Positions 8,701 to 17,054 are shown, counted from the first letter of the stretch. The stretch is 24,761 nucleotides of DNA from an uncultured virus (IMG/VR IMGVR_UViG_3300046740_000859) (IMGVR_UViG_3300046740_000859), one strand, 5' to 3'. The notes: generated by a model from the letters alone, not told the origin. Program-made: numbers and translations.

Positions 8701-10317
8701 TCAGCCTCGTCCCTTCTTCTTGCTCTTCTTGGCGGCCTCATCGGTGTCGCCAACCACTTGTGAGCGCCTCAAGAGAATACGACTTTCCTCTGGACCCTTC
8801 CAAAAAGCTTGGATCCAGATCGGCTTACGCAGAGAGTGCTCCGGCCCGCAAGCTTGCTGGCGCCAATGGCCGCGAACGATAAATTGCACTTTCGGTGACG
8901 ATCCTTTACGGCCGACGCCTTCACATATTTCACGTACGTGTTCGCGAAGATCGATCTTCACTGGCGCCGAAAGAAGAAAACGAGCTTGGCAAAAATCTGG
9001 TTCTCCATGTCGTCGTCGCGCCGATCCTGGGGCGCCCCCAGAAGAACTACTACGTTTTTGGAAATCGTCTGGGTTCGAGAGGGCCAAGGCCGCACCTAAC
9101 GCCAATGATCGGCACATCCCCTCCATTGATTGGAGCACCTCGAGCGGCATGGGGCCCCCTTTCGTATCAATCGCTCTGACCTCCACGAGCCCAGCGCCAT
9201 CATCGTAAACCCACAAACGCGCGACGGCGCCTAACAAACCATCCGGGACAACAAGAGACCAAGCTTTCCACGGAGAGTTGATCGTCATGCCTGACGGTAC
9301 GTCCGTGAGACAAAGATTCGCCGCTAGCTTATGCGAAACTTCCAACTTCGCGTATCCGCACTTTCGCCACGCCAAAGAGAACTTGACGAAAAAATCACGA
9401 GCCGGCTCTGGCGCAACGATTCGTGTGAGCTCGGCGAACGTGCGTGCTACTTTCGCCAGCTCTGGTCGGGTGGCCATCACCGATACGAGGAGTTCGGGGC
9501 CCACGCCAAGTTTCCCGAGCGATCCGACAAGATGGGCCCATCCCATTGTAGCCGTTTCGATATTGTGCGCGCTCGTCAACGGGGGACACGGCACTTCAGC
9601 CGCCACTCGTTTGAGCTCGCGCACAAAAATTGGAAGAGGCACAGGTAACGCTTCAGCGAGTTCGAGTTCGCCCTTGCCTCGTTTGATAACGCGGTGGCGC
9701 CAAGCGAGCTCTCCGGCGAGATCACACCACACCTCACCGCCGGTCCTGCCTTTCGGGATCTCTTGGGCTAAACCTACCCATCCGTTTTCTACGACATGCG
9801 CCTGCACTTTGCCGGCAAGCCCCCCGAACGTTTCGATCAACCGATCGGCCAAACGTTGGATAGCAACGGTTCCCATCTCAGGATCCAACGCCCCCACCGC
9901 GTCACACAAATCATCGACATGGCCGTCAAGAAGCAGACGATTCAACGTACTGCTGATCAGCTCGACCGGTTTCAACGGGAAAGCCACGCTCAAGACTTTT
10001 TCGACCATAAGGCGCTTCACCTCGTCGACGCTTCCCCCCCCATGCTCGCGTGCCACGCGCTGAGCCACAGCCTCACGCAAAGGCCCAAGAAGATCCCCTA
10101 GAACTCTAGCTGCAACTAGAGGCAGCTCTTTCGCGTCAGTATCCGGAGCTAGTCGGCGCACCTCGCTCTCAGATCGTTGAAGCGCTTCCGACACCAACTG
10201 GTCGAAATAGTACTGTGACATCTGCGTCACAAGAGCCTCAGCTCTCTCGCTCGAATTTGCGTCAGGCATCATTGTGCGCCTTTCGGTGAGACGGTGATCG
10301 ATCCTCCAATCATCCAA
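8701..10317 (-). CDS. Large hypothetical protein with C-terminal VRGHWR motif; lower GC
   Basis: 538-aa ORF filling the gap; C-terminal VRGHWRQQACGP...PIWIQAFWKGP. Start uncertain (10317 or ~10270). Confidence 0.75.
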   Translation of the reverse strand: MDDWRIDHRLTERRTMMPDANSSERAEALVTQMSQYYFDQLVSEALQRSESEVRRLAPDTDAKELPLVAARVLGDLLGPLREAVAQRVAREHGGGSVDEVKRLMVEKVLSVAFPLKPVELISSTLNRLLLDGHVDDLCDAVGALDPEMGTVAIQRLADRLIETFGGLAGKVQAHVVENGWVGLAQEIPKGRTGGEVWCDLAGELAWRHRVIKRGKGELELAEALPVPLPIFVRELKRVAAEVPCPPLTSAHNIETATMGWAHLVGSLGKLGVGPELLVSVMATRPELAKVARTFAELTRIVAPEPARDFFVKFSLAWRKCGYAKLEVSHKLAANLCLTDVPSGMTINSPWKAWSLVVPDGLLGAVARLWVYDDGAGLVEVRAIDTKGGPMPLEVLQSMEGMCRSLALGAALALSNPDDFQKRSSSSGGAPGSARRRHGEPDFCQARFLLSAPVKIDLREHVREICEGVGRKGSSPKVQFIVRGHWRQQACGPEHSLRKPIWIQAFWKGPEESRILLRRSQVVGDTDEAAKKSKKKGRG

Positions 10318-10345
10318 TCAAAATTCGAGACCGAGTACCCCCCAC

Positions 10346-11677
10346 TCATTTCCCAGTACCCTTCTGATCAGTGATCCCCCTCCTACTACCTTTTTTGATT
10401 GGAGGATTGGAGGAAGAAGGAACCAGTTTCAGGGGACGTTCTACTGAGCTTTCAGCAGGAAAATAGCGGCGGATGTCGTCGGCGCCCCTCACAATCTTCG
10501 TCCAGCCAATCGCCCGAAGCGCCTTGCCCGCCTTGATCTGCGCGGTGCGGTCCTGCCGGTCCTTAGGCACATCCACGGCGTTGGTGAGCAAGTCCGTGAT
10601 CATCACCCCGCCCTTTCGGTAGAGCCCCCGGTTCATGTGCAGGTACTCCTTGAAGTGGATCTCCCACGGATCAGCTTCTCGCCGCTCCTCAGCCTCAGCC
10701 TCCGTCGCCTTGAGCAACTTTTCGTCGTGCGTGTACCACTTCTCATTCGCGCGGTACCGCTTGAACGCTTCGGCCCAAAGCTGATCGCGCTCTGCGCGCA
10801 GTGTCACGAGATCGATCTTTTTGGTGATCAAGACGGGGCAGAAGCGTCGGGCGCCCGTCGTGTCGTTCAAGTATCCCGCACCGTTCGGGTTGACTGTTCC
10901 GGCGAACACGCACTGCCGCGGGAAGTCGAGCGTCATCTTACCGTACGAAGGGCGGTAGCTGTCCTTCACCGACGTGATGAAAGCTTTCACGCGGGCGAGA
11001 TCGGCGCTGCCGAGGGCGTCGAGCTCACTGAACTCGACGATCCATTTCCGACGGAGTGCTTGGTACCCGTCCTTGCCCCCGATGTTGAAGACCGTATCGA
11101 AAAACCAATCGTCGGACGCGAGCGTGCGGAAGAACGTTGACTTGTGCCACCCCTGCGGTCCTTCGAGGATGAGTACGGTGTCAACTTGTGCTCCCGGACG
11201 CATCACACGAGCAACAGCGCCAAGAAAGAAATTCTTGGTGACGGCACGAGTGTAAGGCGTATCGGGCGCACCTCCAACACGGATGAGCAGATCGTCGACG
11301 CGCGACTTCTTGTCCCACCCGCCAACATCGTTCAGATGCTCTCGTATCGGATGGAACGCCCACCGCTCCGCGACAAGCTGCACGGCCTCGTCGACGACGG
11401 ACGAGTAGAACGAGCAACCGTACTCGTTCGAGAGCCACACGGCCGCTCGCGCCGAATCGCTTTGAGTCCAATCGCCGATTTCCGTATTCGCGGGCGCGAG
11501 ATCCTCAGGCCACGGAGGCGACTTCTTCTTGACGATCACCCCAGCGAACGCATCGAGGGCGATGACGTTGTACCACTCCTTTCGGTGCGTGAGGATCGCG
11601 ACGGCGTTGGCCAGGCACGGCAAGTACGCGCCCTGCTTGTTCTTGAGGAGATAGGTGTCCCAGCTAGCTGTCGCCAA
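10346..11677 (-). CDS. VapE/VirE (virulence-associated protein E-like) P-loop helicase without N-terminal primase
   Basis: FHPIREHL, GAVARVMRPG, LILEGPQGWHKST, WIVEFSELD, DSYRPSYG, RQCVFAGTVN, DTTGARRF, RDQLWAEA. Start reassigned to TTG 11677, 7 nt after GGGAGG. Confidence 0.9.
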   Translation of the reverse strand: MATASWDTYLLKNKQGAYLPCLANAVAILTHRKEWYNVIALDAFAGVIVKKKSPPWPEDLAPANTEIGDWTQSDSARAAVWLSNEYGCSFYSSVVDEAVQLVAERWAFHPIREHLNDVGGWDKKSRVDDLLIRVGGAPDTPYTRAVTKNFFLGAVARVMRPGAQVDTVLILEGPQGWHKSTFFRTLASDDWFFDTVFNIGGKDGYQALRRKWIVEFSELDALGSADLARVKAFITSVKDSYRPSYGKMTLDFPRQCVFAGTVNPNGAGYLNDTTGARRFCPVLITKKIDLVTLRAERDQLWAEAFKRYRANEKWYTHDEKLLKATEAEAEERREADPWEIHFKEYLHMNRGLYRKGGVMITDLLTNAVDVPKDRQDRTAQIKAGKALRAIGWTKIVRGADDIRRYFPAESSVERPLKLVPSSSNPPIKKGSRRGITDQKGTGK

Positions 11678-11718
11678 TGGCGCGCCTCCCTTTCGACGGT
11701 TCGACGAGTAGAAAGTCG

Positions 11719-11782
11719 AGGCTAGCTCCGCGCGTGAGTCGGCGTCAAGACTCTTGTCAGACAAAAAGAAACCGCGTATAAC
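11719..11782. promoter_or_regulatory. Back-to-back divergent sigma70-type promoters
   Basis: Plus: TTGTCA(11754)-N17-TATAAC(11777). Minus: TTGACG(11748)-N18-TAGCCT(11724). Palindrome CAAGA-C-TCTTG spans both -35 boxes. Confidence 0.7.
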
Positions 11783-11789
11783 CGCCTGT

Positions 11790-11969
11790 GTGAAGAACGT
11801 CGAAATCATCTACGCGCGAGTTCCGCGCGAGCTGCGAAGCGCACTCGAACAGGAACGAAAGCGCATGAGCAAGGCGGCTGGGGCCAAAGTGAAAACGAGT
11901 GCGGTCATCCGCACGATCCTTGAGCGCGGCCTGCGCGCCGCTCAGCAAGACGTCGCTAGGACCGGGTGA
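11790..11969 (+). CDS. Ribbon-helix-helix DNA-binding protein, probably leaderless
   Basis: IIYARVPRELRSALEQER...KTSAVIRTILERGL; GTG lies 7 nt after the -10 box. Confidence 0.75.
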   Translation: MKNVEIIYARVPRELRSALEQERKRMSKAAGAKVKTSAVIRTILERGLRAAQQDVARTG

Positions 11970-11983
11970 AGGAGCATCGAAGC

Positions 11984-12364
11984 ATGAAAGTGATCTATCT
12001 CGCGCACCCGTTCACCGCGCCGACGCGCGAGGCCATGGAAGCGAATCGTCGGCGAGCGACGGCCTGGGCGGTGTGGGCGCTCACAACACAAGACGTGTCG
12101 CCGGTCTGCTCGTGGATCGTCTTCACCGGCGCGCTCCCGGAAACACCGGAGAGTCGAAGGCTCGGGCTGGAAGCAGACAAGGCGCAGGTCGCTCGCTGCG
12201 AAGAGATCTGGCTCGTCGGCGGGCGCGTCTCGAGCGGGATGGCTGTCGAAGCGAGCGCCTCGCAGAAAGTCATCGACCTCACGCACCTCGGAGAATGGCC
12301 CCCAGGGCACGAACCCGAGATATCGGACACCGATCCCGCGCCTGCCGTGGGGTATGGGGGATGA
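11984..12364 (+). CDS. DUF4406-like protein (nucleoside 2-deoxyribosyltransferase-like fold)
   Basis: VIYLAHPF...N...SPV...RRLGL...CEEIWLVGGRVSSGMAVE; GAAGGAG RBS. Confidence 0.7.
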   Translation: MKVIYLAHPFTAPTREAMEANRRRATAWAVWALTTQDVSPVCSWIVFTGALPETPESRRLGLEADKAQVARCEEIWLVGGRVSSGMAVEASASQKVIDLTHLGEWPPGHEPEISDTDPAPAVGYGG

Positions 12365-12591
12365 TCGCTGCCCTTCGGATCGTCGCGACACTCTACTTAG
12401 CCATCGGCTTCGGATCCGTCGTCTGGTACGTCACGTGGCTCGAAGGGATCGAAGGCTTCTTAGCGGAGTGGCAGGGGCCGCAAAGCGGAGCTCGATTCTG
12501 GCTCGGCCTGATCACAACGTTCGTCGTCGGGCTCGTGCTCGACGTGATCTTGTGGCCCCTCAACGTGCGCGCCCTTCGGGGCGGCCCATGA
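12361..12591 (+). CDS. Small two-TM membrane protein
   Basis: Two hydrophobic segments and a C-terminal ILWPL; ATGA coupling on both sides. Confidence 0.7.
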   Translation: MIAALRIVATLYLAIGFGSVVWYVTWLEGIEGFLAEWQGPQSGARFWLGLITTFVVGLVLDVILWPLNVRALRGGP

Positions 12592-13052
12592 ACCTCACGG
12601 TACAGATCGAACCACCTCGACGGAAGGTTACGCGCCGCGGGCCCATGGCAGGTAACCGCGGGCAGGGCAGCAAGTGGTTGTGGCCGTCAACAAGACGCCG
12701 CATCTACGAACGTGACGACTGGCGGTGCGTGTGGTGCACCGAAAAAGTCGAACAGCCCACGCTGCCGGAAGACGGGATCTTGGTAAGCGGCGGCATCATC
12801 CGCCAAGCATCGATCGATCACGTTGTTCCGAGAGCGCGTGGCGGCTCGAACGACCCACGCAACCTCATCACCTGCTGCGCCCAGTGCAACGCGAAGCGCG
12901 GTCATCGGAGCGTGCCGGCGTTCGCCAAAGCAATCGCAGAGACGCACGGCTGCGGCTGCGGCGGCTGCCACGTCGACTCGATCGCCGTCATCGTTCGGCG
13001 CGTTCGAGCCGCGAAGCGGCGCAGGCTGCCTCCCCAGAGAATCGACGCATGA
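12588..13052 (+). CDS. HNH endonuclease
   Basis: RRIYERDDWRCVWC...IDHVVPRARGGSNDPRNLITCCAQCNAKRG. Confidence 0.92.
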   Translation: MNLTVQIEPPRRKVTRRGPMAGNRGQGSKWLWPSTRRRIYERDDWRCVWCTEKVEQPTLPEDGILVSGGIIRQASIDHVVPRARGGSNDPRNLITCCAQCNAKRGHRSVPAFAKAIAETHGCGCGGCHVDSIAVIVRRVRAAKRRRLPPQRIDA

Positions 13053-14461
13053 GTCCTTTCGCCCTGACGCTCTGGCGCACCTTCTCGCGCGGACGACGCG
13101 AGAAGCACACCTGGCAATCGTTCATCGACACGTTCGTACGTGACCCCGAGGTTGTGCGCGACAAGCGCAAGGTCGCAGGCTTCTCGCTCGCATCCTTCAC
13201 CGACAATCGGCGAGCGCTTCCTCGAGTCGAGCAAGTGCACGCGCTCATCCTCGACTTCGACGAAGGCGACACGACGATCCGCCAAGCTGCGCATCTTCTC
13301 CCGAACGTGCGCGGAGTGACGTACACGACGTTCAGACACACGTCCGAGCACCCAAAGTTGCGCGTCATCTTCCTTCTGAGCAGGCCCGTCGACGCCGAAG
13401 AGTACTCGCGCGTTTGGGCGTGGGTCGCCGACAAGATCACACGAGCGAAACGTGTGCTCGACGAGTCGACACGCGATGCGAGTCGATTCTGGTACCTCCC
13501 GAGCCACCCGCCTGGATCGACGTACGAATGGCACGAGCTCGAAGGCCAACCGCTAGACGTGACGAAGGCCCTGAGCGAAACGAGCACACACACACGCCCT
13601 TTCCCTGTGGGAGCTCCGGTGCGCGGACGGCAACCTGCGGCACACAAGCCTGGAAAAGGGCGTGTGTGTGCCGATCTCTCCGACGCCGATCAAACTTTCT
13701 TCGGACGAGCGTTCGCGTTCGCCGGCATGGCGTTCGAGCTGCTAGATAACGGTGCGCTCCCAGTCGTATGCCCTTGGGCGAGGGCGCACACTGGCGGCAC
13801 TGATGGCGACTCCTCGACGGTCGTCTTCCCGCCGACGACAGAGGCAGGCTGGGGGCTCTTCCATTGCTCCCACGCACACTGTACGGGGCGCGAGACGTCC
13901 GATCTGCTCGATGTGCTGCCTGTCGCGTCGCTCGATGCGGCTCGGCGCGAGCACGGTCGAGGTCTCCTTCGCGTGCGTGTGATCGACGGCTGGTTTCAGC
14001 GCCTAGAAGCGATGCCGGAGTTCCCCGCGCTCGACAGGTTCATTTTGAAATGCCGTCCGCGTGAGGGCGGTGCGGTCTTCACGATGACGGTGAAGATCGG
14101 GAGCACGCTCCACGTGCAGTACCTAGATGCGCTGTCGTTGCCGTTGCTGATCGGTCGACGTGTCGACGTCGCGATGGAGGATCGAAAGGTAAGAGGCGCT
14201 CGTCTCGTGATCGACAAGCTTGAGCTGACGAAGACGGAGCAACGCGCGCGTTTCGAGTCGATCTCGGCCTCGTACGCGCCAGGTGATTCGGTCAGCGGTG
14301 CCGACTTCGACTTTCTCTTCGCGCTGGCTCGCCGGCACTCTCGCTTCGAGGAGATTATCGGTCCGGGTGTGCGGAGGATCCGTGCGCGCGAGGGGCGTTC
14401 AGGCTTCGACGTCGTGCGAGTAGACGGCTCGTGTGTGGGTTTTTCAGGGAAGGGCGGCTGA
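13049..14461 (+). CDS. AEP-like primase (prim-pol) with Zn finger and C-terminal DUF3223/DCL-like domain
   Basis: LILDFD, YTTFRH, PKLRVI, DASRFWYLP (primase N-domain of the type usually fused to VapE/D5); CPWxxxH...FHCSHAHC Zn finger. ATG 13049 overlaps the HNH stop. Confidence 0.78.
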   Translation: MSPFALTLWRTFSRGRREKHTWQSFIDTFVRDPEVVRDKRKVAGFSLASFTDNRRALPRVEQVHALILDFDEGDTTIRQAAHLLPNVRGVTYTTFRHTSEHPKLRVIFLLSRPVDAEEYSRVWAWVADKITRAKRVLDESTRDASRFWYLPSHPPGSTYEWHELEGQPLDVTKALSETSTHTRPFPVGAPVRGRQPAAHKPGKGRVCADLSDADQTFFGRAFAFAGMAFELLDNGALPVVCPWARAHTGGTDGDSSTVVFPPTTEAGWGLFHCSHAHCTGRETSDLLDVLPVASLDAARREHGRGLLRVRVIDGWFQRLEAMPEFPALDRFILKCRPREGGAVFTMTVKIGSTLHVQYLDALSLPLLIGRRVDVAMEDRKVRGARLVIDKLELTKTEQRARFESISASYAPGDSVSGADFDFLFALARRHSRFEEIIGPGVRRIRAREGRSGFDVVRVDGSCVGFSGKGG

Positions 14462-14466
14462 CGCGA

Positions 14467-14700
14467 TCATCGCCGCTTCTCCAACGTCGCCATCCGAAAC
14501 CCCTTCTCCGTGAGCACCACGGCGACCGGTTCTCCGTGCTCCGAGATCGGCAGCACTTCAATGACGCCGTTCTCGACGAGCTGTTCTAAGAACTCAGCGC
14601 CGCCGCACCAGTGCTCGACCTCGGCGCGCTTCGGCGCGTAGCTGTTTTTCTGGTGGTAGTGCCGGATGTGGCGGCAGATCTCGTAGGGGTCGTCGGTCAT
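14467..14700 (-). CDS. Small winged-helix protein resembling the LexA DNA-binding domain
   Basis: HIRHYHQKNSYAPKRAEV...LEQLVENGVI...VLTEKG; ATGA-coupled. Confidence 0.55.
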   Translation of the reverse strand: MTDDPYEICRHIRHYHQKNSYAPKRAEVEHWCGGAEFLEQLVENGVIEVLPISEHGEPVAVVLTEKGFRMATLEKRR

Positions 14701-15314
14701 CGGACGAGCATTACCTTGTCGCCGAATTTCGCCTCGCACTCTCTTCCGCACCATCCGCTCTCGTGTGTCGACGGTCGACCGCAACCGCAGACGGGAGCGA
14801 CTCTCACATCGGCATGCTTCGCACAGAGAAGCAAACCCCCCTTGGCGATCACGGCTGTGTTCTCGCATTGCGCCCAGCCGCACACGGGATCGTCGCGCCC
14901 GGCGGGCCGCGCACTTGTCCGCTTTGGCCCCTCGAGTCCCGACGCCGCTCTCTCCGGCGTCGCCACGAGCGCCGCCCGCTTCTCGTGCTGCCGGCGCCGA
15001 ACGCGATCGATGACCTCCGGTTGATGGATCCGCGAGATTTCCTTCTCGAGCTCCTCCTGCGCGTCCACGCCGAGCGCTGCGGCCGCCGCGTACACGGTCA
15101 CGAGGCAACCGGCGATCTCCTTTGGAGCTTCTCCGATCGGACGGCTGCACACGTAGTCGACGAGCCGGTGGAGCGTCTCGGAGTCGACGCCGCACGCTTG
15201 CGAGAGCTCGACGGCCTCCTCGACGACGCGTAGAGAACGTTCTGGAGCGTTCTTGGACTCCGCTTCGGTGAAGACCTTCCGGACCCAGGCGGAGATGCGG
15301 GATTGGTTCATCAT
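14697..15314 (-). CDS. MazG-like all-alpha NTP pyrophosphohydrolase with C-terminal Cys-rich tail
   Basis: QSRISAWVRKVF...ERSLRVVEEAVELSQA...LVDYVCSRPIGEAPKEIAG (ExxE...E). Start 15314 is coupled to the upstream stop. Confidence 0.65.
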   Translation of the reverse strand: MMNQSRISAWVRKVFTEAESKNAPERSLRVVEEAVELSQACGVDSETLHRLVDYVCSRPIGEAPKEIAGCLVTVYAAAAALGVDAQEELEKEISRIHQPEVIDRVRRRQHEKRAALVATPERAASGLEGPKRTSARPAGRDDPVCGWAQCENTAVIAKGGLLLCAKHADVRVAPVCGCGRPSTHESGWCGRECEAKFGDKVMLVR

Positions 15315-15520
15315 GGTTCTTCCTCGGCGAAGTGGCCGTCGATTGTCGCTTGACCCATATTCCGCAAGCAGTTCACGCAAGCGGGTGCAGGTTGGCGCTC
15401 TTGTTTCGCAAGCCGTTCGTACATGCGCTCCCCGAGCGCGGTCAGCGGATGAAGAATGGTTTCGATCTCCACGTCGGCCGGTTTGCCGCAAGACAGGCAA
15501 ACTCGAGGTTGGTCGGTCAT
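15311..15520 (-). CDS. Small Zn-finger protein
   Basis: CLSC...CVNC; ATGA-coupled. Confidence 0.65.
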   Translation of the reverse strand: MTDQPRVCLSCGKPADVEIETILHPLTALGERMYERLAKQERQPAPACVNCLRNMGQATIDGHFAEEEP

Positions 15521-15801
15521 TGGATCGCCTTCGCTAGTGCCCAGCCGATTAGGTAGCCGATGGTCAGGCAGACGCTCACGACGAGCGTGCCGGTCAACCA
15601 CATCGAAGTACGTTTCTCAGGGCACCACAACGTCGCCGCTCTTGGGATGCCGCACGTGCAATCGACTGGCAGAAGATAGTCCGCCCAATCCAGTTGTCGA
15701 CCGCAGCCGTCGCATACCCAAACGTGGACGCGCTCGTCGCGCTTGCAGTTCGTGCAGTCGTCTACGCCCTGCACCTTGTTCCAGGTGGTCGCTTTTTTCA
15801 T
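15517..15801 (-). CDS. Cys-rich protein with C-terminal TM anchor
   Basis: CTNC, CDGC, CTC and a hydrophobic C-terminal helix; coupled on both sides. Confidence 0.65.
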   Translation of the reverse strand: MKKATTWNKVQGVDDCTNCKRDERVHVWVCDGCGRQLDWADYLLPVDCTCGIPRAATLWCPEKRTSMWLTGTLVVSVCLTIGYLIGWALAKAIQ

Positions 15802-16082
15802 GTCATCCTCGTGTTCGGCGGTGCGACTTCGAGCGAGCGACGAGGGCTAGCCGTGTTGGGGTTCCACTCCACCGCGTCGATCTCGGGCCAACCGAGTTTC
15901 GGCAAACGGAGCGCCCAGCAGTCACGACACTTCTCGACGCAATCGTACGGCGGCGATCCGACGTCCACGAACATCGTGCGAGCGTGCGCGCAGCCGCGCA
16001 TCCGTTCGTGTGCGGCGTCGGATTCTCGATTCCACTTCCAGAACAGGAAGCGCGAGTACGCTCTGCGGATCAAATCGATCAC
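15798..16082 (-). CDS. Hypothetical protein (CxH...CxxC)
   Basis: 4-nt overlaps with both neighbours. Confidence 0.65.
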   Translation of the reverse strand: MIDLIRRAYSRFLFWKWNRESDAAHERMRGCAHARTMFVDVGSPPYDCVEKCRDCWALRLPKLGWPEIDAVEWNPNTASPRRSLEVAPPNTRMT

Positions 16083-16372
16083 GCGAGCCCAACCTTCTGC
16101 TTCTTGCCGAAGATGCGGTCGTGTCCCTCACGGTAGGCGGGTGTCGCGACCTGCGCCGGTCCCGACTTGTAGATCGACGTCAAGTCGCGCCAGTGATCGT
16201 CCCGTGGCGCACCGACGTGCGCGAGCTCCGAGTTCGGTCGAAGCGGCTCGCCGTCTTTAGCAGGTCGGATGACCACTTCGCGTATCTCGTCGCCCTGACG
16301 TCGGAGAGCGAGGTGCGCGCCCGGAGCGATCTCGGGGCCGATGGAGATCTCGTCGGTGGGTTTGGGTTTCAT
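16079..16372 (-). CDS. Hypothetical protein with GPAQVATxxYRxxxDxIFG C-terminal motif
   Basis: Coupled ORF; the motif resembles small myxobacterial hypothetical proteins (from recall). Confidence 0.7.
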   Translation of the reverse strand: MKPKPTDEISIGPEIAPGAHLALRRQGDEIREVVIRPAKDGEPLRPNSELAHVGAPRDDHWRDLTSIYKSGPAQVATPAYREGHDRIFGKKQKVGLA

Positions 16373-16617
16373 GTGTTTGCCGCCCGTAGCACCCGTTGAT
16401 GGATCTCGAAGTAGATCGGTTGCATCGGGCCGCCGAGGTACTCGGCGAGCGTGAAGGCTCTTTCGACGAAGATGGGCTCCGTGATCTTCGGATGCGATGT
16501 CTCGATTATCATTTGCACGCCGTTCCCAGCGAGGCGCGCGGTAACGCAGATATTCGGGCAGCCGAGCTTGAGGAGCGCGTACTTCATCTCGGATACGGAA
16601 GAGCGTTCAGTGATCAT
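16369..16617 (-). CDS. Hypothetical protein
   Basis: ATG 16617 preceded by AAAGGA; stop overlaps the next start. Confidence 0.65.
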   Translation of the reverse strand: MITERSSVSEMKYALLKLGCPNICVTARLAGNGVQMIIETSHPKITEPIFVERAFTLAEYLGGPMQPIYFEIHQRVLRAANT

Positions 16618-16628
16618 CGGTTTCCTTT

Positions 16629-16973
16629 TCAACCTGGGCAACGGTGTGCCGGCGCCGTCGAGCGGCATGTTGAGCAAAGGTAGTAAGGGAACGGTGCAGC
16701 GACGGGCCTCGGTACCTGCGGTTTGCGCACGAACTTGATGTAGTTCTTCTCGCGCTCCGCGACGCGTTGCGCGCGCGCTGTGGCCTCTTCTCGTCTTCTA
16801 CGTTCTTTCTTACGACGACGACGTTCTGCGATCGACAGTTTGGGGCGTGCTTGCGGATGCTCGTACGCTCGCCACAGATTGATGGGTGACCGAATGGGAG
16901 GCGGCTTTGTGCGGGCCGCATCGACGAAGAGCTCCAGGATCCCGATCCCCAGATCGACGGCGGCGTAGCTCAC
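16629..16973 (-). CDS. Basic hypothetical protein with C-terminal CxxC...HxC Zn finger
   Basis: Arg-rich helix plus CSTC...HRC; GTG 16973 preceded by GAGG. Confidence 0.6.
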   Translation of the reverse strand: MSYAAVDLGIGILELFVDAARTKPPPIRSPINLWRAYEHPQARPKLSIAERRRRKKERRRREEATARAQRVAEREKNYIKFVRKPQVPRPVAAPFPYYLCSTCRSTAPAHRCPG

Positions 16974-17054
16974 GACCACCTCATGGAGAGACACGTGTTC
17001 CAACCAGCTTCCAACAAGCGGGGACTCCTTTTTCGACGAGATGAGAGAAAGAGG

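Noticed and set aside
10346..11677. Virulence factor
   Set aside because: The VapE/VirE name is historical; the protein is a mobile-element replicative ATPase.
11678..11809. N-terminal extension of VapE (and similar extensions at 2495, 12725, 15500 and 20952)
   Set aside because: These overlap promoters or neighbouring genes; internal starts with an RBS or stop-start coupling fit better.
14467..14700. Full LexA/CI repressor
   Set aside because: Only a short winged-helix-like domain; no S24 peptidase domain.
2809..15314. Z-genome (purZ/mazZ/datZ/DpoZ) system
   Set aside because: No PurZ or HD phosphohydrolase in the window; PolA plus a MazG-like gene alone is insufficient.
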